A DNA stretch of 30,506 nt from a virus (taxonomy: Duplodnaviria; Caudoviricetes), in IMG/VR virus record IMGVR_UViG_3300020045_000159, positions 1 to 30,506 of that record, one strand, 5' to 3'. The position numbers and the translations under genes were made by a program. Below, piece by piece: positions 8,090-15,971 of the stretch (the stretch's first letter is position 1; each line of letters opens with the position of its first letter). The notes beneath the pieces were generated by a model, which was not told where the DNA came from, made no database searches, and saw only the letters and a program-made list of their open reading frames with translations.

Positions 8090-8231
8090 TAGTCAGAACA
8101 GGATTCGAACCTGTAAATTGCTAATCGTTGTGAGCCTATATAGCATTCATCTCACCGCTTCTACGATTGCGTATACCAATGCTTTTTTATTGTTTGCAAC
8201 CAATAATAGGCATATATTCCGCCACCTGACT
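8090..8231 (-). ncRNA. tRNA-like element A (expanded cloverleaf, no anticodon loop)
   Basis: AGTCAGG/TCTGACT acceptor, TGGCGGAAT...TGGTATACGC D arm with inserted hairpin, perfect T arm ACAGG-TTCGAAT-CCTGT. Confidence 0.7.
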
Positions 8232-8233
8232 AA

Positions 8234-8476
8234 TCAATTTGTTAAATGTAATAAATAATCTTTGATAATCTTCACTTGCAAAAAGTTAATTTTTTGGTTA
8301 TATCCCTCTAAGTTAATTAATCTTTCTCGTTTGGTAGTCAAGCACTTATGCAAATCGTTCACTATCACACCTTGACTAATATGTAAATTGTACAAGTTAG
8401 GCTTTGTTAATTGTTCATCTATCCAAGACACGGCTTGTTGGTAATTCGATGGTAAGTGATTCTCTGAACTTGTCAT
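8234..8476 (-). CDS. Hypothetical protein, 80 aa
   Basis: ORF track; co-oriented, overlapping upstream gene. Confidence 0.6.
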   Translation of the reverse strand: MTSSENHLPSNYQQAVSWIDEQLTKPNLYNLHISQGVIVNDLHKCLTTKRERLINLEGYNQKINFLQVKIIKDYLLHLTN

Positions 8477-8666
8477 GTTGTGCCTTGTTAATCTTTACAT
8501 ATCCTCTTCCCGATAAGAATGATTCAATACGATCCGTGTCAGCTCCAAGTAGCCATCGCTTCTTTCCCTCTTGCGAGTAATGGTCGTGAAATAGTTTATC
8601 GTAATCTATTTCAACATAGATGGTCTTGTCTGCTGACCGATAGTAATGCTTTCTTTGCTTCTTCAT
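8415..8666 (-). CDS. Hypothetical protein, 83 aa
   Basis: ORF track; ATGA coupling. Confidence 0.65.
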   Translation of the reverse strand: MKKQRKHYYRSADKTIYVEIDYDKLFHDHYSQEGKKRWLLGADTDRIESFLSGRGYVKINKAQHDKFRESLTIELPTSRVLDR

Positions 8667-8884
8667 AGCTTTTCTATTTCTTGTTTAACTTCATTGTAAA
8701 AATACATTTCAGAATCAATATCTGCATTATAAGATATTTCATTTAATATCCATGAAATTTCATCAACTGCGATTAATGCAAGTTTTTTACATTCAAACCA
8801 ACAATAAGATTGAAATGGAATATTATTTAATCCAAAAGTATAATACTTTCTAACTAATTCTTCTGCTTTTTCTTTAGGTGTCAT
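8663..8884 (-). CDS. Small hypothetical protein (MTPKEKA family, copy 1), 73 aa
   Basis: Paralog of 13002-13214. Confidence 0.75.
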   Translation of the reverse strand: MTPKEKAEELVRKYYTFGLNNIPFQSYCWFECKKLALIAVDEISWILNEISYNADIDSEMYFYNEVKQEIEKL

Positions 8885-8885
8885 A

Positions 8886-9551
8886 TTAGAATAAAGTTAA
8901 TTGTTGAATATGTTGTTGAAATCTTTTCTCGCTTGCATCAAAGTAATCCTTGTCAAGTTCAAATCCAGTAAACTCAAATCCCATATCGTAAGCGGAAATT
9001 CGTGAACTACCTGAGCCTAAATGAGTGTCAAGTATTTTATCTCCTTCTTTTGCATAGTTTTGCAACAACCATTTATACAAATCAATTGGCTTTTGAGTTG
9101 GATGAATTTTTTCAATTGCGGAAGTTTTACCTTGCAAATTTCCGTAATATCGATAATCAAATTGTTTTGCTACTTTATTAAAAGAAGTCCAAGCTAATTC
9201 TCCATCACTAAAATTCTCAACTGGATTTCCTTTAAACCAAAAAATAAAACCTTTACATCCATTTAGCCATAGTTGAGGAAAATAATTACCTCCCCAAACT
9301 ATTTGGTTTTGGCTTACCCTTTTTAATTCATTAAAATATAAATCATTTGGAATAGAATCATCCCAATTTGAATTTTTATATTTATTTGCCTTTACTCTTT
9401 CGCCAGTTGATGCCTTGTTTGTTCTATTAAACTCGCCAAAATTAATCCCATAAGGCGGATCGACAATAGCCAACTCAAAATGCTTATCAGGATATTGCTT
9501 CATACCCTCAATGCAATCCATATTAAATACTTCTGATTTTATAGTTTTCAT
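8886..9551 (-). CDS. DNA N6-adenine/N4-cytosine methyltransferase (beta class), orphan
   Basis: DPPY catalytic motif precedes HPTQKP and LDTHLGSGS SAM-binding motif. Confidence 0.9.
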   Translation of the reverse strand: MKTIKSEVFNMDCIEGMKQYPDKHFELAIVDPPYGINFGEFNRTNKASTGERVKANKYKNSNWDDSIPNDLYFNELKRVSQNQIVWGGNYFPQLWLNGCKGFIFWFKGNPVENFSDGELAWTSFNKVAKQFDYRYYGNLQGKTSAIEKIHPTQKPIDLYKWLLQNYAKEGDKILDTHLGSGSSRISAYDMGFEFTGFELDKDYFDASEKRFQQHIQQLTLF

Positions 9552-9566
9552 ATTGATATAAAATGA

Positions 9567-9908
9567 TTATTCAAGCTCGTAAATAAACAACTCAACTCTC
9601 GGATTCAATTTATCTATTTCTTTTGTCATTTGCAACTGCCAACAATTTCTATCGTTCTTAATGATACAAGTAGTCTGCAAGCAATCGAGAATTACCTTAG
9701 CTGCATTGTCCAAGTCGCTTCGATTAGATTGAAAACAAATCTTCATTGTAATTCCAAACTTTGCATCAATCCTTGTATTAATCTTTGCAACTTGCCAAGC
9801 AAATGATTCTTCGTAGTCCTTTAACTCTTTCGATTTAAATAATCGATTATTAGCTATTCGATAGCCATTGCTCTTGCTTGGTACTTGTCCTTTGATAGTT
9901 AGTAGCAT
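9567..9908 (-). CDS. rusA: RusA-family Holliday junction resolvase
   Basis: PSKSN N-terminal motif, DLDNAAKVILDCL and IIKNDR catalytic motifs, C-terminal PRVE. Confidence 0.8.
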   Translation of the reverse strand: MLLTIKGQVPSKSNGYRIANNRLFKSKELKDYEESFAWQVAKINTRIDAKFGITMKICFQSNRSDLDNAAKVILDCLQTTCIIKNDRNCWQLQMTKEIDKLNPRVELFIYELE

Positions 9909-9910
9909 TG

Positions 9911-10438
9911 CTAATTATGGTCTTTTAAAGTGATTAATCTTGCACTCCCCTTTTCAACATTGCGTAAGTACCTTTGCTTATCTGCTGGATGCATTACATA
10001 GAATCCTCTTGAAGTAATTTGCACGCTTGATTTTCTATTGCATTTATCACAAGAGTAATGAATCCTGTCTTTCAAAGGAAATGCTTTAAACATTTCTTTC
10101 ACTCCTTTCAAATCGTTATCGTGATTGCACCAGAAACAAGTTAAGTAATTATCGTGTCTTAAATTCCAATGATTACGATATTCTTTGCGAAGCTTGCCTT
10201 GTCGCTTGAGTTTCTCTCTTGCATTATCTCGCTTCTTTATTTCGGTAATGTCGTAAATCTTGTAGAAATTAGAAAGCTTCTTAAATGCTAACAATTGCTT
10301 GCAATCGCATCGTAAGTTTATTGACTTTGTGTTACCCGATCTACTGAATCGTTCAATCAAATTATCATTGGCATAATCATGATTGCAATTAGGGCAATGT
10401 AATTCGTTTTGAGTTAATGTTTCTGCTCTATTTGCCAT
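9911..10438 (-). CDS. Hypothetical protein with two zinc-ribbon-like repeats, 175 aa
   Basis: CPNCNHD...CDC and CFWCNHD...CDKC. Confidence 0.65.
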   Translation of the reverse strand: MANRAETLTQNELHCPNCNHDYANDNLIERFSRSGNTKSINLRCDCKQLLAFKKLSNFYKIYDITEIKKRDNAREKLKRQGKLRKEYRNHWNLRHDNYLTCFWCNHDNDLKGVKEMFKAFPLKDRIHYSCDKCNRKSSVQITSRGFYVMHPADKQRYLRNVEKGSARLITLKDHN

Positions 10439-10619
10439 AAGTTTCGTTGTAATAATCTTCTGATGTCATTGGATGATAACGCCCATCTAAATAAGCCGTT
10501 TTTATCTGCTCTTTGTGCATTTGTTCCGCTTCACTTAATACCCTTTTTAATTGATTAAGTTGTATTGGATAAAACAAATTATCCCTTATATAATCAATTG
10601 GTGTTTGTTTATTTTCCAT
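10428..10619 (-). CDS. Small hypothetical protein (KEQI...YYNETY family, copy 1), 63 aa
   Basis: Paralog of 13876-14121. Confidence 0.7.
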   Translation of the reverse strand: MENKQTPIDYIRDNLFYPIQLNQLKRVLSEAEQMHKEQIKTAYLDGRYHPMTSEDYYNETYGK

Positions 10620-10779
10620 TGTATTTTAAGTTTGGTATAATTATCGGATAAAACGCTGAACCTGTCGGGTGTGGTGTTAAGCCATACCCCTTTGTAATCT
10701 TCTCCACACTCACAGGCTTTGGTGGCTCTTTGACTTCACAAGAGAAACAAATGAGTGATAGAATGAGTATTTTATTCAT
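10609..10779 (-). CDS. Small putative lipoprotein
   Basis: Likely start MNKILILSLICFSC: basic N-terminus, hydrophobic core, lipobox-like Cys. Confidence 0.5.
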   Translation of the reverse strand: MNKILILSLICFSCEVKEPPKPVSVEKITKGYGLTPHPTGSAFYPIIIPNLKYNGK

Positions 10780-10990
10780 CTTGTTTTGCTTTATAAAAAG
10801 TAAACACATCACTACATTTTCGCAAATCAGTTACAATATGATATTCTTCGCCATCGAGATGTTGCGTACACAAATAGCAATATTGCTTACCATTATTTGA
10901 AATCTTGCCTAAATCAATTACTGATATAACAATCCCTAAAACTTTCGAATCGGGCACATCAGTAAGGTTTTTAATTATTATCTTTCCCAC
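10772..10990 (-). CDS. Hypothetical protein, 72 aa
   Basis: ORF track; overlapping neighbours. Confidence 0.6.
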   Translation of the reverse strand: MGKIIIKNLTDVPDSKVLGIVISVIDLGKISNNGKQYCYLCTQHLDGEEYHIVTDLRKCSDVFTFYKAKQDE

Positions 10991-11180
10991 TACATTTATG
11001 GTTTAGTTTGAATGTATCGGTTTTGCAACCATTAAAATAATAAGTAGAATCAAAGTCCTCGTGAAAGGTTTCCTCTACTACTTTCAAATATACTCTTTTC
11101 TTTGGTACATTACTTTTTTCTATTGTATATAAAGTTAGTAAAGTAAGCGATCCGATTACAATTAATATTAGCTTTCTCAT
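10971..11180 (-). CDS. Small protein with N-terminal membrane anchor/signal, 69 aa
   Basis: MRKLILIVIGSLTLLTLY; TAATG coupling. Confidence 0.6.
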   Translation of the reverse strand: MRKLILIVIGSLTLLTLYTIEKSNVPKKRVYLKVVEETFHEDFDSTYYFNGCKTDTFKLNHKCSGKDNN

Positions 11181-11914
11181 TATTCGATAGGTTTAATATT
11201 TCCAGCTTCATCCAATCTTACATCGAAGTCAGCCAAGTTTTGTACAAATTTCTTATATCCTTGTTCTTTTGCAGCAATAACATTGCCATTAAACTTATCC
11301 CATATCTCTTGTTTTTCTTCAAGTGATAATCTAAGTATGCTTGTTTCCTTTGCAATGTCGTATAATGCACTCAGTCCCCCATTGTACCACTTAAATTTAG
11401 CATCGTTAGCTAACTTGTCAGCGTAATCATTTGCATTGATTATGGCTTGTGCTTTAAGTTCTTCTTGGCTTGGCTTTGGTAATGACTCATCTTCAACAAC
11501 TCTTTGACTAATAATCCTTGTTTCTTCTGCTGAAAACTCCAAGTATTTAGCCATTATTCTACCAAAGAATTCACAAGAAAAGTTCTCGTAGCATTTAGCA
11601 TCTACTTGAAGCTTGCCAGCTACTGCCATATCAAAGGCTAATTTGATTTGAGCAATGGTTACATTTGCAAAGTTGGTTTTAATAAAATTAATCAGTACAA
11701 ACTTCTCTTCCTCCGTTGGCATATTATTGGCTCGTAAGCCAACTAAAAGCATCGAATAGCGTAACACTTGCTTTAAGTCATTTTCATCGCTTACACGCAA
11801 AGTATGCCCCTTGCTCGCTTGCATAAGCTGCTCTGCTAAAGCGTTACCAGTCTTTAAGAGCTTGCATTCTTGCGGCAGATGTTCCAAGTTTTGGTTCGTT
11901 GTAGTTAGTTCCAT
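11180..11914 (-). CDS. Hypothetical replication-module protein (possible helicase loader), 244 aa
   Basis: Overlaps and follows the initiator gene; function inferred from position only. Confidence 0.5.
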   Translation of the reverse strand: MELTTTNQNLEHLPQECKLLKTGNALAEQLMQASKGHTLRVSDENDLKQVLRYSMLLVGLRANNMPTEEEKFVLINFIKTNFANVTIAQIKLAFDMAVAGKLQVDAKCYENFSCEFFGRIMAKYLEFSAEETRIISQRVVEDESLPKPSQEELKAQAIINANDYADKLANDAKFKWYNGGLSALYDIAKETSILRLSLEEKQEIWDKFNGNVIAAKEQGYKKFVQNLADFDVRLDEAGNIKPIE

Positions 11915-12536
11915 TGTTTGTTTGTTTAGTTTCGAATAGTCCTGAATAATTGTTTGAGATTGAAATTACGATTGCTTGTTGAAGGTCTTCATCTGATTTA
12001 CTTTCCCATTTCTTTTTTAATGTATCAATTCCAATCTTAGTGTAAGTTTGTTTTTTTTCTTTTTTATAAGCAAACCATTGTTCAAATAATGCATCCCTAA
12101 AAGTGAATTCTCGTTCTTCTTCTTCTTGGTATTCTTTTTCTTTTTCTTCTTCTTTTTGTGGATGTGTATCGATACTGTATAGATACTCTATCAATACTCT
12201 ATTTTTAACCTTTAGAAGCTCTTTATCTATGCAAGCCTGAACTTTTGGGGAAGTAGAGTCATTGTACTTTGCCCAATTCAATAAGCATATCTCATTGGTT
12301 TCTTTTGACCATCTTACTTTATTCATCTCTTGAAAGAAATCAATAAGCTTAACTACCGTTTCCTGATTGTAACCAGTATCGAAAGACATCTTACGAATTG
12401 AAGTTTCGTAGATTCCGCATTGAGTGGTTTTATCATTAGTCATTAGGTAAAGATAAAAATACTTTTGCTCAGGAGTTAGATCGCCAACGAATGTATCACT
12501 CCAAAATGTTACTGAAATTTTCCTAAATGCTGCCAT
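11844..12536 (-). CDS. Phage replication initiator/replisome organiser (DnaD-like N-terminal wHTH), 230 aa
   Basis: Start re-assigned to ATG 12536; FWSD...LTPEQKYFYLYLMTN..TTQCGIY signature, E/K-rich linker, C-terminal FEQWFAYKKEKK...NNYSGLF domain. Confidence 0.75.
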   Translation of the reverse strand: MAAFRKISVTFWSDTFVGDLTPEQKYFYLYLMTNDKTTQCGIYETSIRKMSFDTGYNQETVVKLIDFFQEMNKVRWSKETNEICLLNWAKYNDSTSPKVQACIDKELLKVKNRVLIEYLYSIDTHPQKEEEKEKEYQEEEEREFTFRDALFEQWFAYKKEKKQTYTKIGIDTLKKKWESKSDEDLQQAIVISISNNYSGLFETKQTNNGTNYNEPKLGTSAARMQALKDW

Positions 12537-12547
12537 AATTTTAAATG

Positions 12548-12630
12548 AAAAAAGCCAGCCCAAGTGAGAGATTGGAACTGGCTTTGGTTTTTTAAACCCT
12601 TAAATCACCGAAAGACTCTCACCCCTTTCG
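12548..12630 (-). promoter_or_regulatory. Structured leader: two hairpins with complementary loops, second one terminator-like
   Basis: CGAAAGG-GGTGAGAG-TCTTTCG and AAAGCCAG..CCAA-TCTCTCAC-TTGG.CTGGCTTT-TTT. Confidence 0.7.
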
Positions 12631-12650
12631 CTAATTTGTTCTACAATATA

Positions 12651-12920
12651 CTAATCTTCTTTTATTCTAACAAGTCTTTTGCGAAATATTCCAGCGTACA
12701 AAGGAAAATCTTTTTCAAATAGCCTTGCATAATCTGATGTATATGAGTTGTTGCATTTGAACTCATCGCTACCCGATACCATAGTTTGCCAACGGATCAC
12801 TTCAAATATCTGCTTTGCTCCTATGTGTTTATATCCTCTGTTAATAAGCTGGAATGCTAAACGCTTAAACTCTGTGTAAATTTGTGGACTTTCTTCGTGA
12901 TACTTTTTGAAGCTTTTCAT
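12651..12920 (-). CDS. Hypothetical protein, 89 aa
   Basis: ORF track; good A-rich start context. Confidence 0.7.
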   Translation of the reverse strand: MKSFKKYHEESPQIYTEFKRLAFQLINRGYKHIGAKQIFEVIRWQTMVSGSDEFKCNNSYTSDYARLFEKDFPLYAGIFRKRLVRIKED

Positions 12921-13005
12921 CTTTGATTAGTTTTAGTTTACGATAGTTGTTTTGTAATTCTTTAGCAAGATGTGCTTGCCATTGGTTAAAGGTTAGCTCT
13001 TTCAT
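12865..13005 (-). CDS. Small hypothetical protein, 46 aa
   Basis: Hand-translated MKELTFNQWQAHLAKELQNNYRKLKLIK...; ATGA coupling. Confidence 0.5.
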   Translation of the reverse strand: MKELTFNQWQAHLAKELQNNYRKLKLIKDEKLQKVSRRKSTNLHRV

Positions 13006-13214
13006 GATTTTATTATTTCTTCTTTAACTTCTTTGTAAAAAAATACAGTATTACTTGAAGTATAAAATGGTTTACCATAAATAACTAAACCAAAATTATT
13101 CAATATCTCATCTACTGCAATTAATGCACATTGTTTTGCATCAGGCATTAAGAAATGTTTATTGCCATAATTAAACTTATTAACTAATTCTTCTGCTTTT
13201 TCTTTTGGTGTCAT
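13002..13214 (-). CDS. Small hypothetical protein (MTPKEKA family, copy 2), 70 aa
   Basis: Paralog of 8663-8884. Confidence 0.75.
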   Translation of the reverse strand: MTPKEKAEELVNKFNYGNKHFLMPDAKQCALIAVDEILNNFGLVIYGKPFYTSSNTVFFYKEVKEEIIKS

Positions 13215-13336
13215 AGTTTTTTTATATAATTAATTAACCTGTACATAAGCATTCCCATGCTCAATGAAAATATTATTGCATTGATTGTAATTATTACAAC
13301 ATAAACAATAAATAGTAGTAATCCTATTCCGTTCAT
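13211..13336 (-). CDS. Small secreted/membrane peptide, 41 aa
   Basis: Hand-translated MNGIGLLLLFIVLCCNNYNQC...; ATGA overlaps at both ends. Confidence 0.45.
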   Translation of the reverse strand: MNGIGLLLFIVYVVIITINAIIFSLSMGMLMYRLINYIKKL

Positions 13337-13452
13337 AGCTCAAATAGATAAACGATTAGTATTATAATCCAACAGGCAATTATGCCACATAGTCCAAAGA
13401 AAGCCAACGCTTCGCTGGCTCTCTCGTGTTGCTTGTTCTTACCTTGAGCCAC
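13333..13452 (-). CDS. Small membrane protein, 39 aa
   Basis: GTG start; AQGKNKQHERASEALAFFGLCGIIACWIIILIVYLFEL*; ATGA coupling downstream. Confidence 0.5.
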   Translation of the reverse strand: MAQGKNKQHERASEALAFFGLCGIIACWIIILIVYLFEL

Positions 13453-13630
13453 GTAGCTTTTCGAGCATCAGCTCTTTAATTTCAGCCATAACATCTTCGT
13501 TGCGAACCTTGCCATAAACTACTTGCTGAACTAATGGCATATTAAATTCCCTTGCTGAAAATGGCTTAACTCCTTTCGAGTTTAACCGATCCGCTACCTC
13601 CTTGTATAAATCTAATTTTCTAATTTTCAT
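13439..13630 (-). CDS. Small putative DNA-binding protein, 63 aa
   Basis: YKEVADRLNSKG resembles a helix-turn-helix start; otherwise hypothetical. Confidence 0.55.
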   Translation of the reverse strand: MKIRKLDLYKEVADRLNSKGVKPFSAREFNMPLVQQVVYGKVRNEDVMAEIKELMLEKLRGSR

Positions 13631-13886
13631 AATAATAAGTATTTTTTAAAATGTAATCTTCTATAATTTCTGCATCTCCAGTAGCCAAAGCTTCATCGTA
13701 AGCGTCATCGTAATCAAGGATTCCTTTGCAGAAGTTGCCTACAATCATGCTTTGATAATAAGCATCTCCCTCCCCTTGGCTTTTGAAAGATTTGATGTGA
13801 TAGAACTCCTCTTGGTAACCTTTATAATCTCCCTTATAATGGTCTTCCCAAGCAAATCGGTATAGGTTATTTAGTTTAAATATCAT
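13620..13886 (-). CDS. Hypothetical acidic protein, ~88 aa
   Basis: ORF track; start re-assigned to ATG 13886 to minimise overlap. Confidence 0.6.
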   Translation of the reverse strand: MIFKLNNLYRFAWEDHYKGDYKGYQEEFYHIKSFKSQGEGDAYYQSMIVGNFCKGILDYDDAYDEALATGDAEIIEDYILKNTYYYEN

Positions 13887-14121
13887 AAGTTTCGTTGTAA
13901 TATTGTTCTGAACTTTTAGGTTCTCCATCGTTTTTAAAATACTCTACACCTTCGACAAATCCATCATAATTTGCTTTAATTATCTGCTCTTTCTCCATTT
14001 GTTTGGCTTTAGCTAATAGCTTTCTAAAATAAACTTCATCTTCCCAGGCAAAACAAGTAATCATACATTGGGTTTCTAATTCTTTTTCAAGCCATTCGAT
14101 AGCTGTTCGTTTCTTTTCCAT
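13876..14121 (-). CDS. Small hypothetical protein (KEQI...YYNETY family, copy 2), 81 aa
   Basis: Paralog of 10428-10619. Confidence 0.7.
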   Translation of the reverse strand: MEKKRTAIEWLEKELETQCMITCFAWEDEVYFRKLLAKAKQMEKEQIIKANYDGFVEGVEYFKNDGEPKSSEQYYNETYDI

Positions 14122-14123
14122 GG

Positions 14124-14411
14124 CTAAAAAGGTAATGGCGAATTATCGTTGTGAGTAGTTGGAGCTTGCGAAGCTACTGGAGCTTCTTTCTTTTGGAATC
14201 CATTTGCTTCCCAAGTATCAAGTTCAATGTAAATTTTACCACTTTGAGCTTTATTGATATTACAATTAACCCATCCATTTTTATCATTTGCTTGTAGGAA
14301 AGCAATAGCCTCATCTACTTTGAACGATAGCTTGCCAATGGCGAAGCTTGGTGCATTATCATTTCTCTTGAAGATAATACCATCTGCGAATACTTTGTCT
14401 TTCTTTTCCAT
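14124..14411 (-). CDS. Putative single-stranded DNA-binding protein, 95 aa
   Basis: Follows ERF; beta-rich core, flexible tail ending LPF. Confidence 0.6.
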   Translation of the reverse strand: MEKKDKVFADGIIFKRNDNAPSFAIGKLSFKVDEAIAFLQANDKNGWVNCNINKAQSGKIYIELDTWEANGFQKKEAPVASQAPTTHNDNSPLPF

Positions 14412-14965
14412 TATTGTAATTGAGATTTACGGTTTGAAAATAATTTTATTTGAGAATCAGATAATTTATAATTGTCGGATAGGTATAAATAATACTTATT
14501 AAGTCCATCAATATCCTTTGCATTGCTTAACCCTAATTCAACATCTGAATCCATTATAACAGGTTTCAATGCGACCACTTTAAGAGCTTCTTCTTTAACC
14601 TGAGTACCAGCTGCATCCAAGTCCTTGTCGGTAATTATTCCAAGCATTGAACTCAAAGCGTATCTTCTAAAGTAAGTAACTCCCGATCCATACGCTTGAT
14701 AATCATTCATATTACCAAGCTTAACCTTTGGAATCTGCGTAAAGCTTTCGAGTTGCTCTCCGCTTTCAACATGGAATAAGATAGTCTTGATGCCATCATT
14801 CTCCAGTAGTTGTGTGAAGCAAAGCTTATGCTTCTTTAACAACGGATTGATAACGCTAAAGATTTGAGGCAAGTCAGCATAAGTATAGTTATGCCCTTTT
14901 GTGTCCTTGTGTATAATTGGACATTCATTTTGAAAGTCCGAAAGTGATTTAATTAGATTCTTCAT
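14411..14965 (-). CDS. erf: ERF-family ssDNA annealing protein
   Basis: YTYADL and QAYGSGVTYFRRYALSSMLGI...DLDA signature. Confidence 0.9.
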   Translation of the reverse strand: MKNLIKSLSDFQNECPIIHKDTKGHNYTYADLPQIFSVINPLLKKHKLCFTQLLENDGIKTILFHVESGEQLESFTQIPKVKLGNMNDYQAYGSGVTYFRRYALSSMLGIITDKDLDAAGTQVKEEALKVVALKPVIMDSDVELGLSNAKDIDGLNKYYLYLSDNYKLSDSQIKLFSNRKSQLQ

Positions 14966-15110
14966 AATTGATAAATTTTATAAATTTAGATTTTGCTTTA
15001 AAACATTCGTGGGAGATTATGTCTTTGATAGTCCATAACTCGTGATTGAAAGTGAATATCATTGTGTAATATCCCGCTTCATCTTTGAATTGTGCTTTGA
15101 TAGTTTTCAT
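14949..15110 (-). CDS. Small hypothetical protein, 53 aa
   Basis: Hand-translated MKTIKAQFKDEAGYYTMIFTFNHELW...; ATGA coupling. Confidence 0.55.
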   Translation of the reverse strand: MKTIKAQFKDEAGYYTMIFTFNHELWTIKDIISHECFKAKSKFIKFINYEESN

Positions 15111-15232
15111 AACTTTTCAATGATTGATACGATTGTAAGAATTAAGGCTAATTTTGCAGCTAATATTAAAGCTGGCTTAATGTCGGCAGTTGTGAAGTCT
15201 TCGCCAATCATTAGTGAGATAAAGTTTTTCAT
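15107..15232 (-). CDS. Small membrane protein, 41 aa
   Basis: Hand-translated MKNFISLMIGEDFTTADIKPALILAAKLALILTIVSIIEKL*; ATGA overlaps both ends. Confidence 0.55.
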   Translation of the reverse strand: MKNFISLMIGEDFTTADIKPALILAAKLALILTIVSIIEKL

Positions 15233-15828
15233 TTGTCCGGTGTTTTAGGTTTATTAATAACATTCAAATATGCTTTATAACTCTCGAATACTGCTCTGAT
15301 ATGCGTAAAATCGTCGGTATTCCTTTGCGTTTCATAAACTTTATCAGATTCAAAGAATTTATCCCAATCCTCGATTGATTTGGTTTTGCATCCGATTTTT
15401 ATCATGCCATCAACTATACCATGCGACCACCTGCATATCATTGGCATTACTGCTCCCTGCAAGTATGCTCCACGCAAGTCTGCTTCACGCAAGTCTGCTC
15501 CACGCAAGTCTGCTTCACGCAAGTCTGCTCCACGCAAGTCTGCTCCCTGCAAGTATGCTCCACGCAAGTCTGCTCCACGCAAGTATGCTCCCTGCAAGTC
15601 TGCTCCACGCAAGTCTGCTCCACGCAAGTATGCTCCCTGCAAGTCTGCTCCCTGCAAGTATGCTCCACGCAAGTCTGCTCCCTGCAAGTCTGCTCCACGC
15701 AAGTATGCTCCCTGCAAGTCTGCTCCACGCAAGTCTGCTTCACGCAAGTATGCTCGCTTACCATCTAATTCGCCATTTACCCATTTTAAATGCGAATCTA
15801 ATACCGATTTTAATTCTTCTTTGTTCAT
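15229..15828 (-). CDS. Pentapeptide repeat protein, 199 aa
   Basis: 20 x A(D/Y)L(R/Q)(G/E), N-terminal H.KW..G...GKRA cap and C-terminal IKIGC...W domain. Confidence 0.95.
   Translation of the reverse strand: MNKEELKSVLDSHLKWVNGELDGKRAYLREADLRGADLQGAYLRGADLQGADLRGAYLQGADLQGAYLRGADLRGADLQGAYLRGADLRGAYLQGADLRGADLREADLRGADLREADLRGAYLQGAVMPMICRWSHGIVDGMIKIGCKTKSIEDWDKFFESDKVYETQRNTDDFTHIRAVFESYKAYLNVINKPKTPDK
15454..15753 (-). repeat. 15-bp tandem repeat x20 (coding)
   Basis: GCA (G/T)AC TTG C(GT/AG) G(G/A)A. Confidence 0.95.
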
Positions 15829-15870
15829 TTTGATAAGGTTTATTCGATTGCTTCAGTGCTTTCGATAGGT

Positions 15871-15878
15871 CAAAGGTA
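15871..15878 (-). promoter_or_regulatory. Bacteroidota-type housekeeping promoter -7 box heading the early operon
   Basis: TACCTTTG matches TAnnTTTG, 42 nt upstream of ATG 15828, AT-rich upstream; no clear -33 TTTG. Confidence 0.6.
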
Positions 15879-15939
15879 ATATTTACTTTGGAATAAAAAA
15901 AACTTTTTTAATTATTTTTTTTAATTATTTTCAAGCAAC

Positions 15940-15971
15940 AAAAAAGGACATCAGTATAACCGACATCCTTT
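15940..15971 (-). terminator. Probable intrinsic terminator at end of late/lysis operon
   Basis: AAAGGA TG TCGGT TAT ACTGA TG TCCTTT followed by U-run (imperfect stem). Confidence 0.55.

Noticed and set aside
7971-8231. Canonical decoding tRNA genes, or a suppressor tRNA for the terL gap
   Set aside because: Neither element has a 7-nt anticodon loop, and no complementarity to CGAUAAGU was found in their loops
8886-9908. Restriction-modification system
   Set aside because: The neighbouring nuclease is RusA-like; the methylase appears orphan, common in phages
15375-15868. CRISPR array, or real genes in the alternative frames (15375-15833, 15380-15868, 15421-15768, 15447-15764)
   Set aside because: Contiguous 15-bp coding repeat with no spacers; the other frames are open only because the unit lacks stops
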